Shown: piece by piece, positions 1 through 12,050 of the stretch
How the letters are laid out: the number at the start of each line of letters is the position of its first letter
How positions within the stretch are numbered: position 1 is the first letter of the stretch
Assembly (NCBI GenBank): GCA_951406725.2
Contig: OX597814.1
Coordinates: 66,030,001-66,094,000 of the forward strand
Reading direction: 5' to 3'
From: Octopus vulgaris
Taxonomy: Eukaryota
Length of the DNA: 64,000 nucleotides
Program-made: the position numbers and the translations under genes
Notes under the pieces: generated by a model
What the model was told of the DNA's origin: nothing
The model's database searches: none
What the model saw: the letters and a program-made list of their open reading frames with translations, nothing else

Positions 1-740
1 TTGAAACTGTAAATGACAACCGGAACAGCTAAGGAATTTATGGCTAACACCTTGTTACGTACATTTAACTCGGATTTTAGGACTGCTTGTACTCTCCTGT
101 TATACTCCTTCCTAATCTTCTCTTTCGTATTTGAATTCTGAATGCGAGAGCCCTCATTTATTCCAAGGTATTTGTAAGTTTGTCCTGCTCGAGTTCTTTT
201 ATGAGTGTCAACATCCAACACCACTGAATGTGAGGTCTTCATTTTCCCTTTCTGGAATGTAGCTTTGGCACATTTATCAAGACTAAATTCCATCCCGATG
301 TTATCACTGAATTCTTTCACAGTACGTAGTAGTCCTTCAGGCTAATTATCGCCTTTGCCTTAGAGTTTTAAGTTGTCCATATAAAATAGATGTCCCCAAT
401 TTTATATCCACACCTTCTTCAGTTGAGTTCACTTGTAAGGGCTATGCACAAAATTAAAGATGAAAGTGAGTCACCATGGAAAGTGCTGCAGTGGATATTA
501 ATAGTTTTTATGGTCAGTACTCCATTAGAGTGGCATAACTGGAGATTCGTATTCGACATTTACATTGAAATCACAGGAGTAATTTTGAAGATATCCAGCG
601 AATGCCTTTTTATAATGAATCCATGCAGAACTGAGATTTCTGCGTTTGTTGTGACAGTTCTCAAGGCTCATGCGATTAAGAGTTGGTCTTTGCATGCATA
701 TGAGCCTCGTCGGCACCCTTTTTGTTTAGTGGGAAAATAT

Positions 741-1267
741 ATTGTTTAGAGAAAAACAACTTGTTTTAAATCTCTGTGCAAGAGATATACAGTAACAGTG
801 CCAAATAGTAAGGTTTATATGCCACAAAATATGGCAATCCTTTAAAGGACAATGTTACCGTTATTTTTGCCCCAGGAAAACATCTTTTACTGCTGGCTAT
901 CAACACACAGTTTGTGTCTGTATAGCATTTGCAAGAGAGGTCATCGCTCCCATTTCTAGTCTTACGTGATACTCACAGACCTATGATTCCGTGTGATTAC
1001 CCGTCCTCAGTGTGAAACAACCACAAACTAGTAACGAAAGGTCTCTCCACTCGCAAATACTATATACACAGTCGCTGATCAAGCATAGGGAAAAACAACC
1101 TGTATTCATTCTCTGAGCGAGAGATATACAGTAACAATACCGAATAGTAAAGTTTATATGCCAACAGAATGTGGCAGTCCTATAAAGGAAGATTTTACTG
1201 TTGTTTTAACCCCAGGAAAACATATTTTCCAACTGGCTATTGACACACAGTTTGTGTCCGTATAGCA
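741..1267 (-). mobile_element. Non-LTR retrozyme-like element: ~339-bp monomer in ~1.5 tandem copies, 8-bp TSD GAAAATAT
   Basis: Imperfect direct repeat 751-927 vs 1090-1267 (AGAGATATACAGTAACA at 781 and 1120). GAAAATAT occurs at 733-740 and 1268-1275. Removing the insert rejoins the RT motif. There is an internal HHR at 972-1016. Confidence 0.8.
972..1016 (-). ncRNA. Minimal type I hammerhead ribozyme with one core substitution (GAAA->GAAT)
   Basis: Minus strand: TTCACA CTGAGGA CGGGT-AATC-ACACG GAAT C-ATAG-G TC|TGTGAG. Stem I is TCACA/TGTGA, stem II pairs at 4 of 5 positions, and the cleavage triplet is GUC. Confidence 0.75.
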
Positions 1268-1610
1268 GAAAATATCGTTCTGTTCCATAAATTTGTATGT
1301 TCCTTTTTCGAGGATGGATGTTAAAATTTTATACGTGGTAGATAGACATGTTATGGGCTGATAGTTTTGGGGAAATTTGATTTCATTATTCTTCGGAAAT
1401 TGGTAAAAAGAACAATATGATGGTCACAACTGTATGGCAATATGTATTCAAAAATTAATTTAAAGGATAAAGCAGACATGGGAAAGACTCAATCAGGTAT
1501 TTTCGTGGGATCTCTCCTAATTTCAATAAATAACTGGACTAATTTTTCGTGTGCGCACGGGAACGTGGCGAGCCAGAAATTTGACACCCTAACTTAATCA
1601 GGGGAATTCC

Positions 1611-1627
1611 TATTATTATTATTGTTG

Positions 1628-1703
<76 letters not shown>

Positions 1704-1731
1704 CATCATCATCATCATTATTATTATTATT
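1611..1731. repeat. (TTA)n microsatellite, the 3' tail/target of the adjacent Dong-like LINE
   Basis: Direct reading. Confidence 0.95.
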
Positions 1732-3258
1732 GCCTTTGCACAGCTTCTAACGCTGGAGATGTACTACGGTGTCAGCTGTTCACTACCAGTGAACTAAGGA
1801 AACATGCCTCATTTTTCGAGCACCTTTCGGAGTATTCGAGCGGTTCCAAGCAGTGCTGGTTTCTGCAAGTGCTCCACCTTTATTGCAGCCCCTGTTTGTT
1901 CCATGTACTTCTCAAGATTTTTACTCACTGTTCCTAGGGCTCCGACAATTATTGGTACTACTACCACCTCTTTTATCGACCACAACTGCTTAACCTCCCA
2001 AGGTAACCTGTCATATCTATAGACTTTTCTTTCTTGCTTATCGCATACCTTGTTATCAGCTGGGCATGCTATATCTATGATCCAGCATAGTTTGCTTTCT
2101 TTCTCAATTAAGACTATATCTGACTTCCCATTCTCTATCTCATGGTCGTACTGAATCATAAGATCTTACAGGATATTTGCATTATCCTTTTCAATCATGC
2201 CTTTGTGTTTATGGTCATACCAATTTTTTGCTGTCAAGTCCATACTTCTTGCAAAGTGTCCAATGGACAAGCCTTGCTATATTGTCGTGGCATCTCTTAT
2301 ATTCTTTCTGGGCTAGTGGCGTAATATGCCATACAGGTTCACTATTTTGTCCACAGATTCTGCACTTATCACTTTCTGATCTGTTGTATATTCTGTATTT
2401 TATGTAGTTTGGTCTTAGCGCTTGGTCTTGGGCAGCACAGATTAGAGCCTTCGTTTCCGGTTTTAAATCACTTTTAGTCATCCGCAGCCATCTTTTTTCT
2501 CAGTCTTATCTTCAACATCCCTATGAAATTATCCGTGCATTCTTTTCTTTACCCACCTATTTTCAGTTTCATTCGTTTTCAATTGATTGTACAGTACTTT
2601 ATCTTTGCAATCTTTCATCCTACACAAGCTTTACCTTCTTACTTCTAATAATAGCGGATCTGTGGCATTTTTTACATACCATGCTATGTTGTTTTCTTCT
2701 ACTCTAATTCTATGTTCGCATCCAATAAGTCCTCTTCCCCCTCTTTTTCTTGGTACATTCAGTCTGTCCGTGTCACTTTTTGGGTGGAGTGACCCATATC
2801 TATTTAGCAAATTCCTTGTCTTTCTGTCTAAGCTGTTTAGTTCGTCTACTGTCCATGCGATTTCCCCTGCTCCATATCTAAGTAGTGAAACGACCCAGGT
2901 GTTGATAGCTTCAATCTTATTCCGTCCGTTTAATTTCGACTTAATATCAATTTCTGCCTGCACAAGTACTCTACCTTAATTTTTTTCTGTCATTTCTTTC
3001 TCCATCAATTTATCCATTTCCAAAATCCCCAAGTACTCACAGCCCGTCTCTTCTATCTGCTTTATAACCTCCCCCGACGGTATCGTTAGCCCGTCCATAC
3101 ATTTAATTTTGCCTCTCTTCACGTCTAACACACTACACTTTTTCAGTCCGAACTCCATTCTTATATCAGCACTGAAAGTATACACCGTATCAACGAGGTA
3201 ACTGACTTGAGTTTCATCTTTACCATTGAGGTTATCCATGAACAACAAATGGTTTACC

Positions 3259-3259
<1 letters not shown>
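1732..3259 (-). mobile_element. 5'-truncated R4/Dong-like LINE (RT end, zinc knuckle, REL endonuclease), frameshifted
   Basis: ORF fragments LLFMDNL..MEFGLKKC, LICAAQDQALRPNY, CRICGQNSEPVWHI and KSDIVLIEKESKLCWIIDIACPAD...PIIVGALG. Flanked by (TTA)n on both sides. Confidence 0.9.
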
Positions 3260-3310
<51 letters not shown>

Positions 3311-3311
<1 letters not shown>

Positions 3312-3500
3312 GGCGGTACATTGGCTGAATCGTTAGCACGCCGTACAAAATGCTTAGCGGCATTTCATCCGTTTTTATGTTCTGAGACCAAATTCCGACA
3401 TGATTATTTTTGTCTTTCATTCTTTCGGGATTGATAAAATAAAGTACCAGTCAAATACTAGGGTCAATGTAATCGACGAGCACTCTACTCACAAATTGTG
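3311..3500 (+). mobile_element. tRNA-derived SINE, family A (AGGCGGCGAGCTGGCAGAA head, CTTTCATCCTTTCGGGGTCGATAAA central domain), diverged
   Basis: Similar to the copies at 13091, 48494 and 53525. Confidence 0.85.
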
Positions 3501-3870
3501 TTTACAGAAGAAAGAATAATTATTATAATCGTTGCTCTTTTTCTTGTATGTATATATGCATGTATGTATGTATGTATGTATGTATGTATGTATGTATGTA
3601 TGTATGTATGTATGTATGTAGGAAATGAGTAGGTAGGTAAGTATGTATGTATATAGGTAGTAGGTAGGTAGGTAGGTAGCTAGCTAGCTAGCTAGGTATA
3701 GATATATAGATAGATATGTTTGTATATATATCCCTTTAATGTGAACTGTCGAGAAAAAGAGTACTTAGTACCATAGCAAAGACTGGTTATACACTTTAAT
3801 TTGGTCAAGTCATTCCCACCCTTCTCTCAGTTTCACCTAATGTTACAAAGGCTCTTCATGCAAATTATAA

Positions 3871-3912
3871 CACACCTGAAGATCTTGAGCACCTACAGAT
3901 GAAACTCAGAGT
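3871..3912 (+). ncRNA. Degenerate hammerhead-like motif, probably a remnant of a PLE pseudo-LTR
   Basis: CTGAAGA TCT...AGAT GAAA CTC-A-GAG TA. Stem III is palindromic but stem I no longer pairs. Confidence 0.4.
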
Positions 3913-4299
3913 AGCAAATGATTAACTCGGCCAATATAAGTGTGTGAATTTAACAGAGAAATATGTTGGATAAAATTATAATTAACTGATCCTCCTGTAT
4001 TTTATTTTAACCAAAACCAGGAACTTTACCTGTCATACATGAAGATTTACCGAAGATGTGTATTCTAATTACATTTACTGATATATGATTGTTGAACATT
4101 CATAACCAAGTTGTTTTAATACTGTTATATTGGTATCGGCCAGGACATTTTTTATCTCACTTTTCTTGTGTGTATAGGTGGGGGTGCGTGTTATTTTTTA
4201 TTAAGCATGAGGCCAGCAAAATTTGAGGGGAATGTGCGGTGAGGCAGAATGTGCATCTAGCATTCTCTCTAAAACTCAGTGTCCATCTCAGGTAGGTGC

Positions 4300-4720
4300 C
4301 GTTGGCAGCAGCTCCATACTAACAAAATTTATCTCTAACCAGCAACATTCCCCGTAAATCTGCCTGGCCAGGAATCGGCCTGAGAGCCCTCCGATTTGTC
4401 TTGGTTAAATTTTGCCCCTAAACCTACAAGGCGTCCCATTAGAGCAGTTCCAATCACCTCAGTCACTTTGGTGTCCGACAATATTACTGGGATGCCATCA
4501 AAATATGCGAACACGGACATTCAGCATTATAGCTCTCGTGGGATGTCCCTCTAGCTTCGATTTTCTGCAGTAGTGGATCTAGAGTTAGTACGTGTTTATA
4601 GAGACCATGGGTGTGAACTCTTATCGTACGAAATGCATGACATACATACGTGTATATATTGCTACTCATTTAGGATCAAGAGTAGCAAATTTGAAGATAG
4701 GGTTTACTCGATGCCCTTGA
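4300..4720 (-). mobile_element. Tx1/L1-like RT fragment, decayed
   Basis: HVLTLDPLLQKIE (cf. YVLALEPLLRK at ~19855), SVFAYFDGI (AYADD motif), GAKFNQDKSEG. Confidence 0.65.
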
Positions 4721-5044
4721 TACCTAGACTTGGTAGGTGTTTTATTTTCTTGAACGTGAATGGACAATACGCAAAGTCGAACTCGGTGGTATCTTAACGT
4801 ACTGACTACTTGGTAAAATTAATAATTGCTAATTATTAATTAATTAATTAATTAATTTTACAATATATTATTATTAAAATTATAATTTACTCCATGATCG
4901 AAACAGCAGTTTTTGGGTATAAAAGATAGATATGTATTACATTCGGTTGTATATTTTTGGGCGTGCGGGTGAATTTTGGTTTTGCGATGACACTTGATCG
5001 CGTACATATTTAATCCTAACACTCGCAAATTTATAACACGGAGC

Positions 5045-5105
5045 ACCACACTGAGGAGAAAAATAGATAAATATATTTACTTTAAATTCGAAACGCGTCT
5101 GTGGT
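5045..5105 (+). ncRNA. Intact minimal type I hammerhead ribozyme
   Basis: ACCACA CTGAGGA GAA...TTC GAAA CGCG TC|TGTGGT. It has a perfect 6-bp stem I, a full core, a palindromic stem III (ACGCGT) and a GUC site, with cleavage at 5099/5100. Confidence 0.9.
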
Positions 5106-7991
5106 TAACCTAAGTCGTTGTAGATTCATAATTTTTCTTTTTATCTACATATAAATCGGAGATTCTTATAGTAGTTGAAAAGACATTAGCGTCTATTTCT
5201 AATTCAGTACGTGGCATTGCACTTAGCTGACCTCTGATTATAATTATGTATATAATTATAGAATACACATCTGTTATTTACATTTTATTTATATTTTCAG
5301 CGTTTTATTCCGTTGTCGGATTTATCAAAAAGTGGTTTGAAGTTAGATTTCTTGGCCTTTTTATATATAACGAATTTTGTGTGGTTTGCCAATCAAGAGA
5401 AGTGTGTATATATGTATGTATGTATGTGTGTATGTATGTATGTATGTATGTATGTATGTATGTATGTATGTATGTATGTATGTATGCTTGTATAAATGAA
5501 AGAATGTGTAAGAATTTCCTTCTTTTGGAAACAAAAGCACCCACGTTCGATACCACTGTGCTGCATCTTAGCCACATTTCATTTTGTGTAACTGCAGATT
5601 TTCCCCTTCCGTGTGAGTGAAATGGAATTGACTGAAACTGTAAACAAGAGAAACCCGGCACTGAAAATGCAGTGGTTTCGTCAATTAATTTGCCTGCTGA
5701 TTTACGTGCATCTACCTGAACATCTTACACAAGTGTACCCTCGAGTATAGAGAGTGTATGTATATATTTGTGTGTGTGTACATATATATATATATATATA
5801 TGTGTGTACATATATATATACATATAAAAACACATACATGTATAATTAATTCATGCATACACATACATTCACATACACACAAACACACACAAACACCTTG
5901 TATTTATATAGATATACAGAAGAAGTCACCCACTTTTTCACAGAAAATTTTGCTGATTTCTTTACATACACACATATATGTGTGCGCCCGTGCCTTTGCG
6001 TATGTGGGCGTACGTGCTTGTGTGTGTGTGCATGTTTGTGTGTCTGTGCGTGTGTGTGTGTCTGTAAGGGAGAGGAGTGAGTGACATCAAGGATGTTCGT
6101 ATATCTGTGTGCATATGTGAAAGCGTGTGTGTTCAAGTGTATCTGCGTGATTCTTAGTAGTGAATGTCAACTTAAGATAAATTGCTTAGAATTAATACAA
6201 CACATTTCGTATATTATGATATCAATTATGCAACACTTACATTTATTGAAACCTGTTTCATTAGGAATATATAATTTGCCCCGTTTTTTGTCTTCGTGCC
6301 TACTATTCCTTACTCTCTTTTTTTCATATTCACCATATCATTCTCCCTATCTACCATTTCCTTCCCTCTCTATCTCTCTTTTACTGTTTCTATTAAATAG
6401 CAAGTAAATGAATTCTTTGTTGGTTTTCATGTTGAGTGTAACAGAAGATCGATCAACAAACCTAACTATTCAATTGAATTCTAATACAATTGATGGATAC
6501 AACTGCCCACAGTGGTACCATTAAGGTAAGCCTGAAACAAGATCTAAGGTGAAGTGTCTCTGAGAAAGCGGATCCTCTCAATTATAGGAAAAGAACATAA
6601 CGCGCCCTTCCACAAATTTCGACTACCTACTTTCGTTACCAGCGAAGCCGCGTTTAAATCTGAGACAATGAGTGCTATGTGAGGTTCTTAGAAATTATAC
6701 ACAGTTACAATTTAACAAATGGTAGATTTCGATCTCAGTACTTTATCAAAACCAATTGAGGTGAAAGTGATCGTTGTGCCAGGATTTAAAAAAAAAACCT
6801 AGAACTCTATACCCGCATCTCGTATAATATATGAAAGTAGTCCAATTTCAACTGATATTATACAGAAAAAATATTTGTGAATACATGTGTGTGTGTGTCT
6901 GTGTGTGTGTGTGTGATCGGTGGTAAAAATGTCAGTGAGAGGAACAGTAAAATACAACAGCCTTGGGGCGAGATGCCATCGTGCTTGACACCCTATTCTA
7001 CTTGAATATGTTTTGCATGTTCATAAAGTCATCAGAATATGATTTAACTATTGATACAAATTAATCTGGAAAACCAAGACTGAAGAATTATTTTTTACAT
7101 GGGTAACTTTTTAAGTATTTTTGTTGGCATTCCTCCTGTTGCTGTGAAAAATTATATCAATTCTTCCTGTACCAGAACTGGTAACTGAATATATGCCAGA
7201 ACTTACAGGTCTAATGGTAAAGTTATTCTTTAGCTTCCACGTCTACATTTTATTCTGATATCATAATTGCACCTTTCCACATTTTGCAGAGAGCACCATT
7301 GCTCCAGCTTGCACAAGTGAGTTCATAAAACTTCTGTGTGAGACCATTTTCACCAAAGCGCAGGTTTCTTTATCAGTCGACTTACCAAACTTAATTTATT
7401 TGTTTCCACTACAGCTTCATCTCATAAGGTTAAATTTTCTTTGAAGTGACGATAGACTTTTGTCTAATGATAAGTTTTCTTCCTGTACCAACATATACAT
7501 ACCTTGCTGCGCAGTTTCCCTGTTTGGCAGTTCAGAAATGTGTTCAATCCAGTGGAATGCTGCTAGTGAATAGAATAGGGGGATTGTCGGAGAACAAACG
7601 AATAGTGCCGAACTTTTGGACTAATACGCTTCCCTCGTTAAATGATAGTACTACTTACAGTTATTACCTTCACCGACAGCTTTGATGTTATGCACAAGAC
7701 CTCTTTACCATGTGTCTCCATCAGCCTGAGTGATCACGGTAGTTAAAATTTCATAGTCATTACTTCCTTGATCAACCGATAAACTACTATACATCAATAT
7801 ACTGTGAGCAATACCCTTTGCTTACAAGAGAATCTCTACCTCAATATCATTTTCATCAAATCATTTGGCTGTAGTAAATTCTTTGATTTAGAGCATTTAA
7901 ACACGAAGAATCTTAATAGTCCCACTTATTTCTCGCGCAATCATAATCGTCCACAATTTTCCACATAAAAAACAATAATCCGTCCACTACT

Positions 7992-8184
7992 TACAGTATT
8001 TGATTGTATATAAAAGGTACTTTTTCTCCAAAAATGCTCTCATAGAGTCACCCTGCGTACAGTATGCGAATTTAAGCTTCCCATAACCTAATTTTCTCCC
8101 TGATGCTCACTTCTTCCTAAATATGGACTACTGAAATAGGGGTGCATCTAATATGTCATTATCTTTAATGCCAACAAATACAAT
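7992..8184. mobile_element. Old Tc1/mariner-type MITE
   Basis: Ends TACAGTATTTG...CAAATACAATA are imperfect inverted repeats with a TA-like target, and there are internal CACCCTGCGT and GGGGTGCATCT subterminal motifs. Confidence 0.4.
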
Positions 8185-9945
8185 ATTACAGATATGATAG
8201 ATTGTGATTGCACAGTAAATTCTCAAGCTTTATACTTTGGACTGAGCTTTGTCGTATGATCATTTATGCCGACAAAGTAATTGCTGGCATTATATAGACC
8301 ATGTTCTTCATCATATTTTAGAAGCATTAAGTCATATCTATTCAATTTTCCTGTACTAAAACGTCCAACAAAGTTCTACGCCTGCCAAACCGTTTCGAGC
8401 CTTTTCTGACTTGAGTACAACTTTGTGAAAATGGAAAGGATAGCAACATAGACACAAAGCAAAGGAACATATTTGATATGCATCCGCAGTTATTAATCGT
8501 TCGTTTTGAGGAATAGGATTCTCTTCCTATTTATTAAGCTTTCAGAACTGACTGAAAAGCTGTCACCGGTTTCACAGCTTTCTTCTTTCGATTTCCATTT
8601 CTATAGCCTCATCAAGCTGAACATCGTCTTTCAGTTCAATCATTGAGTCTACTGCATTTTTTACATTATATCTCTCAAGCTTACATTTACACTTGTTTTC
8701 TAGCTACAGCCGTCGCAATATCAAATACTTTTATATCCATGACTTTTTTTTGCTACAGCAAATGCGTTAAACTGGTCTAACAGAAATAGGCAGGCAACTA
8801 TCAAGTCATCTTTTCCTAGATCTTTCCGGTGCCTGGGTGAGCACTTTTCATGAAATGCTGGAGATATCCACGCAAAATCTGAATTTCATCGCTATTTTCG
8901 ACAAGTAAGATATATATTTTTTAACGTTGGTTGCGTATATGCTGGTCGCTGACCATGTGCTTCTAATTGTCAGTTCTCCATGCGTTGCCACTACCGCTGC
9001 AACACTTAAAATTCTGCTATAGCCGTGCAGAGAAATTTAGATCCACTAATACTTGCACATCGCATAGTGCTTCTCTACTGTATTGGCACAATCCATCCAG
9101 AAGCAAAGTGATGCAAAATACCTGGTGTGAATAATTTTCTCTTGAAGAAAATTTAGAGGTGCCTCATACCTAGTTATCTTAAAGAGCACCAGACACCAAC
9201 TTGGAATCTGCAAGACCCCCAAGCTATTGCTAAATACTTAATAACCAGTCCGTTTGCCTGGTGTTGTTTCTGGATATCGAGCGATTCTCCTTACTGGGTT
9301 AACCTGGTGGGTGTGCCAATTTAGTCTCCGACTACTCGACGATGCAATAGGGTGTAATATATTAGATCTTTCTAATAGATCTCACGCGCGACCAGATCGG
9401 CACACACATTTATTGACAGGCAAACTCACACGTATATGAGTGTTTTTATGTACGTGTATGTTTGTGCGCATTATTCAATAAATATAAGTGACATGATCCT
9501 AAAATTCGCAGGGTTCATTTATTAATACGATTTTTAATTCCTCGTTAATATTAAAGCTCTCTGTGGGTATTCGTATTAAGTACAAAAACTAAGGCGACAC
9601 CTCATCCTTATGGATATACTGTGTGACAACAGGTGAAAAATCTGTGTTTATTTATTAATTTGTCTTTGCTGGTGACTTTCAAATGGAAAATAATCGAAAT
9701 CAGTTGTCTAGCCTTTTGTTTAGAAATTAAATACTATAACCGATACCAAACCTTTTTTTTTTTGTTTTCCGAAGTATCGCTCATTGATTATGAATAACAA
9801 TCAGCAGGTATTTGCATTCATATTTCACCCGATTAGGTTAAGATGATGACACTTCAGAGAAGTTGATAAAATGGGTGTCTCTTGATGTGGTTGTTAGAAC
9901 TGCTGGAAATAACAACCAAATCTTTTTTTTTAATCATATACTCTC

Positions 9946-10163
9946 TTTTACTATTTTACTTGTTTCAGTCATTTGACTGCGGCCATGCTGGAGCACTGCC
10001 TCTAGTCGAGCAACTCGACCCCGGGACTTATTCTTTGTAAGCCCAGTACTTATTCTATCGGTCTCTTTTGCCGGACCGCTAAGTGACGGGGACATAAACA
10101 CACCAGCATCGGTTGTCAAGCAATGCTAGGAGGACAAACACAGACACACAGACATACACGCAC

Positions 10164-10210
<47 letters not shown>

Positions 10211-10375
10211 TACGACGGGCTTCTTTCAGTTTCCGTCTACCAAATCCACTCAAGGCTTTGGTCGGCCCGAGGCTATAGTGGAAGATACTTGCCCAAGGTG
10301 CCACGCAGTGGGACTGAACCTGGAACCATGTGGTTGGTAAGCAAGCTACTTACCACAGGGCCACTCCTGCGCCTA
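9946..10375 (-). mobile_element. tRNA-derived SINE, family B (AGGCGCAGGAGTGG head, CCTTGGGCAAGT CORE-like segment, internal (TA)n)
   Basis: Minus-strand A-box-like TGGCCCTGTGG and B-box-like GGTTCAGTCCC. Homologous copies lie at 11803, 13538, 34800 and 55990. Confidence 0.85.
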
Positions 10376-11802
10376 TATACAACTCTTTAAACATTTTTAT
10401 GTGTATATAAGTACATACGCGCACACACATACACTCACACGCATACACATATGTATGAGTGTGTGTTCGCGCGTATATATTTATGTGTGTCTGTGTGTGT
10501 ATGTGTGTGTATGAGTATTAATTGAAACACCTGTAAGGGATGATGATTAATTTTATGTTAATAATAAATAATTATTAACTTCCAAATCTCCATTTTCTCT
10601 TTCTTCTTTTACACACACATACATGCATGTATGTTTCTGAGAGAGTCGGAGAAAAAGTGCGTGTGTGAGTGCGCGTGTGTGAGTGTGTGTGTATCTACCT
10701 GTCTGTGCACTTCAAGCATTGTTGCATCGAATTAATGGGGTGTTTTATTATCATTATTAGTATTATTATTTTGTTATTTATCTAAATTATGTAATTTCAT
10801 AATAATATGTATGTGTGTAAAATTATTAGGTTAAAAGTGAAACAACTATAGGATAGATGTATTTATCATAAAGTACTAATATATATTTGTATTTGGAAGG
10901 TATAGAATAAATATTGTATGTATTTCCATAGTGACATCATTATACGTGAATTGACCCATCAAAATATATAGAACTAACTAGGCCGGGAAGAACAAACGTA
11001 ATGAGGTTACCCCATAGCATTATATTTCTCTTTTGAGTATAAGCTCAAAATTCAAAATGTAAAAAAGTGGATTTGGAAGTTTCTAAGTAAAGTAGCGTAT
11101 AAAGATACATATTAATGAAAGTGAGAAATATGAGGGTATGCTTACATAGATATTTGCATAGATATATGATCTATGTACATTAGTGTTGAATAAGTGCATA
11201 TGTCTGTGTAAAGGATCGTGAAAGTAACTTTTCTTAGTTTATTAGTCTCTCTTAATGACTTTTAAAACACATGCTATAAAACCAGCGGCAATAATATTAT
11301 ACAGCCAAAATTGAGCTGTGTTAAGGAAGTGACCATATGTCACTGTTTTACTTTGACCTGAAATAGTAATAGACACAGGGACATGTAATTGTTAAAGTTT
11401 ATTATTTTATATCATTAACTTGGAAGGTTCATTTATTATCCTAAAAATCGGAGTAAATACGGGTCATTTTACTTTTATTTTTTCAGTCTCATCAATTTTC
11501 TTTTGGTATTTTTCTCGTTTGTACATCTTTGTATTTCAGCGTTCTTCTTTGTCAATAGAGTGCTAAAGATAACAATTTCGTACAGGTATAAAACAAAGAA
11601 ACTAAAGAACATCTAGCAGTGCTTTGTACCCTTATCACCTGAAGACGCGCATGTATACAGTAATTATTGGATCATATTAATGTGTATATTATATACGTAA
11701 CATTCAACAATTACCAACTTATAATGATGCACTGAAAAGTTATAATCATTAATATTAAAGCCCGTGCGTTCCGTTATCTCATATTAAAAGTATTTTATAT
11801 AA

Positions 11803-11967
11803 GGGCATACGTGAGTGTGTGTTGAGAAGCTTGCTTCCCATCCACATGGTTCCAGGTACAGTTACACTGCGTGGCACCTTTACCAGATGTCTTCTAATAT
11901 AGTTTCGGGCCGACTAAAGACTTGAGCGTAGATTTGGTAGACGGAAACTGAAAGAAGCACGTCGTAT
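11803..11967 (+). mobile_element. SINE family B, 5' half
   Basis: Matches the reverse complement of 10210-10375. Confidence 0.8.
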
Positions 11968-11969
11968 AC

Positions 11970-12038
<69 letters not shown>

Positions 12039-12050
12039 AGATAAAAGTTA

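Larger units (their letters stand above)
1..1400 (-). mobile_element. Decayed R4/Dong-like non-LTR retrotransposon RT fragment, split by a 527-bp insertion at 741-1267
   Basis: Minus strand reads NYQPITCLSTTYKILTS (~1320-1370), YKFMEQNDIF|(frameshift)QKGCRRGSYACKDQLL across the insertion, and HLFYMDNLKL (~362-393). These match the cleaner copy at 58631-59381 (NYRPITCLPTMYK, NNLFPEEQKGCRKGSYGCKDQ, HLLYMDDLKLY). Confidence 0.85.

Noticed and set aside
741-1267. TRIM/LTR interpretation of the terminal direct repeats
   Set aside because: No PBS or PPT is seen, the TSD is 8 bp rather than 4-6 bp, and an internal HHR fits a partial tandem better.
6493-6531. ATG...AAG|GTAAG possible short first exon
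   Set aside because: A single donor-like match, with no supporting downstream exon or homology.
11632-11750. CTGAAGA...GAAA with a long spacer
   Set aside because: Stem III and the cleavage site cannot be formed; at best it is a very decayed HHR.
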